Below the pieces are notes generated by a model. The model made no database searches, was not told the DNA's origin, and worked only from the letters and a program-made list of their open reading frames with translations. A stretch of DNA of 64,000 nt from an uncultured Chloroflexia bacterium (GTDB lineage: Bacteria > Chloroflexota > Anaerolineae > Anaerolineales > Villigracilaceae): positions 3,924 to 67,923 of the forward strand of contig CAVUZS010000012.1 in NCBI GenBank assembly GCA_963746015.1, given 5' to 3'. Positions 63,114 to 64,000 of this stretch are shown here, piece by piece. Made by a program: the position numbers and the translations under genes. Each line of letters begins with the position of its first letter. Positions within the stretch are counted from its first letter, which is position 1.

Positions 63114-64000
63114 ATGAAGACAGATTTTCCTTTACGGGCCGCCCGGTTCTGGCAAGTCAACTGTGGGTAAACTCCTGGCTGCCAGCTTGAATTTACCTTT
63201 CCTTGATCTCGACAAGGAAATCGAAAAAACGGCTGGGCGAACCATTCCACAGATTATGGCAGAACAAGGTGAGTCGGTATTTCGGGACCTGGAATCGGCC
63301 GCGCTTGAAAAGGCAGCATTTGGCCCTGCTGAGCGTGACTGCACTCGGAGGCGGGGCGTTGTTGCGGGATGCCAACCGGGCTTGTGCCGAATCTGCCGGG
63401 GAGGTGGTGCTTTCTGGATGCCAGTTTACCGATTCTTCTGGAAAGGTTGAAAGCCGAGCCGGGCCAGCGTCCTTTATTGGAAGGCAATATGGAGGAAAAA
63501 CTGAAGGCGCTGCTGGCGCGCCGGAAAGAGCATTATGAATCTTTCACATTGCGTGTAACCAACATGGCAGACAAGCCCGATAAAATTGCATGGGAAATTC
63601 AACAAAGCCTGGGGCGTTTCCATGTGCACGGCATGGAGCCAGGTTACGATGTTGTTGTCCAGCCAGGATGGGTTGGACCAATTGGGCGAAATGCTGGCAG
63701 AACATGGGTTTAGTGGAACCATGGTGGTGGTTGCCGATTCCAATGTCTCGCCGCTATACGGGGAGCGGGTGATGGATTCGCTGCGTAGTGCGGGGTTCAA
63801 AGCACAATCGTTGACCATCCCGGCAGGGGAGCAATACAAAACGCTCGACACGGTCTCGTCCCTGTGGCGCGGCTTCCTGGAAGCCGGCCTGGACCGGAAA
63901 AGTACAATTGTGGCCCTGGGCGGAGGGGTGACCGGAGACCTGGCGGGTTTTGCGGCTTCGGCGTTCATGCGCGGCATCCCCTGGGTGGGAGTGCCAACAT
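63114..64000 (+). CDS. shikimate kinase fused to 3-dehydroquinate synthase (aroK-aroB), partial at the window end, about three frameshifts
   Basis: IFLYGPPGSGKSTVGKLLA appears after a shift near 63125. The kinase body is in ORFs 63163..63450 and 63369..63713. It continues without a stop into the AroB N-terminus (..VVVADSNVSPLYGERV..GGGVTGDLAGFAA) up to the window end. Confidence 0.8.

Overview
The window is a 64-kb bacterial chromosomal segment. The backbone is GC-rich by eye and carries two clearly AT-richer accessory islands. I cannot assign a taxon without a database search. The citramalate route, the GC-rich REP-like hairpins and the heptamer tandem repeats are reminiscent of Chloroflexota or cyanobacteria-like genomes, but this is only an impression.

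Layout:
1. 1-5200 is accessory island 1. It holds a Dam-class methyltransferase with no partner nuclease, a tyrosine recombinase broken by frameshifts, a HigB/HigA-type toxin-antitoxin pair, and a 484-aa HEPN-motif (RNxxxH) gene split at an A8 run.
2. 6200-35000 is housekeeping and metabolism. Genes are typA, a ybaK-like deacylase, a 7TM-PAS histidine kinase, NUDIX, GNATs, recA, an M23 lipoprotein, a PD40 protein, a thrC-like enzyme, MoxR/DUF58, argF, rocD, ald, a CoA-transferase, pyk, an SPFH protein, and a xanthine-dehydrogenase/CoxMSL-type molybdoenzyme cluster with xdhC.
3. 36051-42189 is accessory island 2, inserted between the FAD subunit and the FeS/Mo subunits of that cluster. It holds a CcrM/M.HinfI-like methyltransferase, an overlapping PD-ExK nuclease, and a 912-aa Mrr-like-nuclease/P-loop NTPase gene. 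That gene is cleanly split by an IS4-family element with 18-bp inverted repeats and a 9-bp target duplication. It is my best candidate for an undescribed defence gene.
4. 43124-64000 is one co-directional amino-acid supraoperon: pheA, ilvD-ilvBN-ilvC-leuA-leuCD-cimA-leuB-ilvE, aroH-DAHPS-tyrA-aroA-aroE-aroC-aroKB. An Ile/Leu/Val-rich mini-ORF with an antiterminator/terminator precedes ilvD. A Tyr/Phe-rich mini-ORF with a strong hairpin precedes aroH.

Caveat: about 20 conserved genes are broken by frameshifts. In every case I checked by hand, removing one base from a short homopolymer run restores the frame. Most breaks are therefore probably consensus errors rather than real pseudogenes. No rRNA, tRNA or CRISPR array was found.
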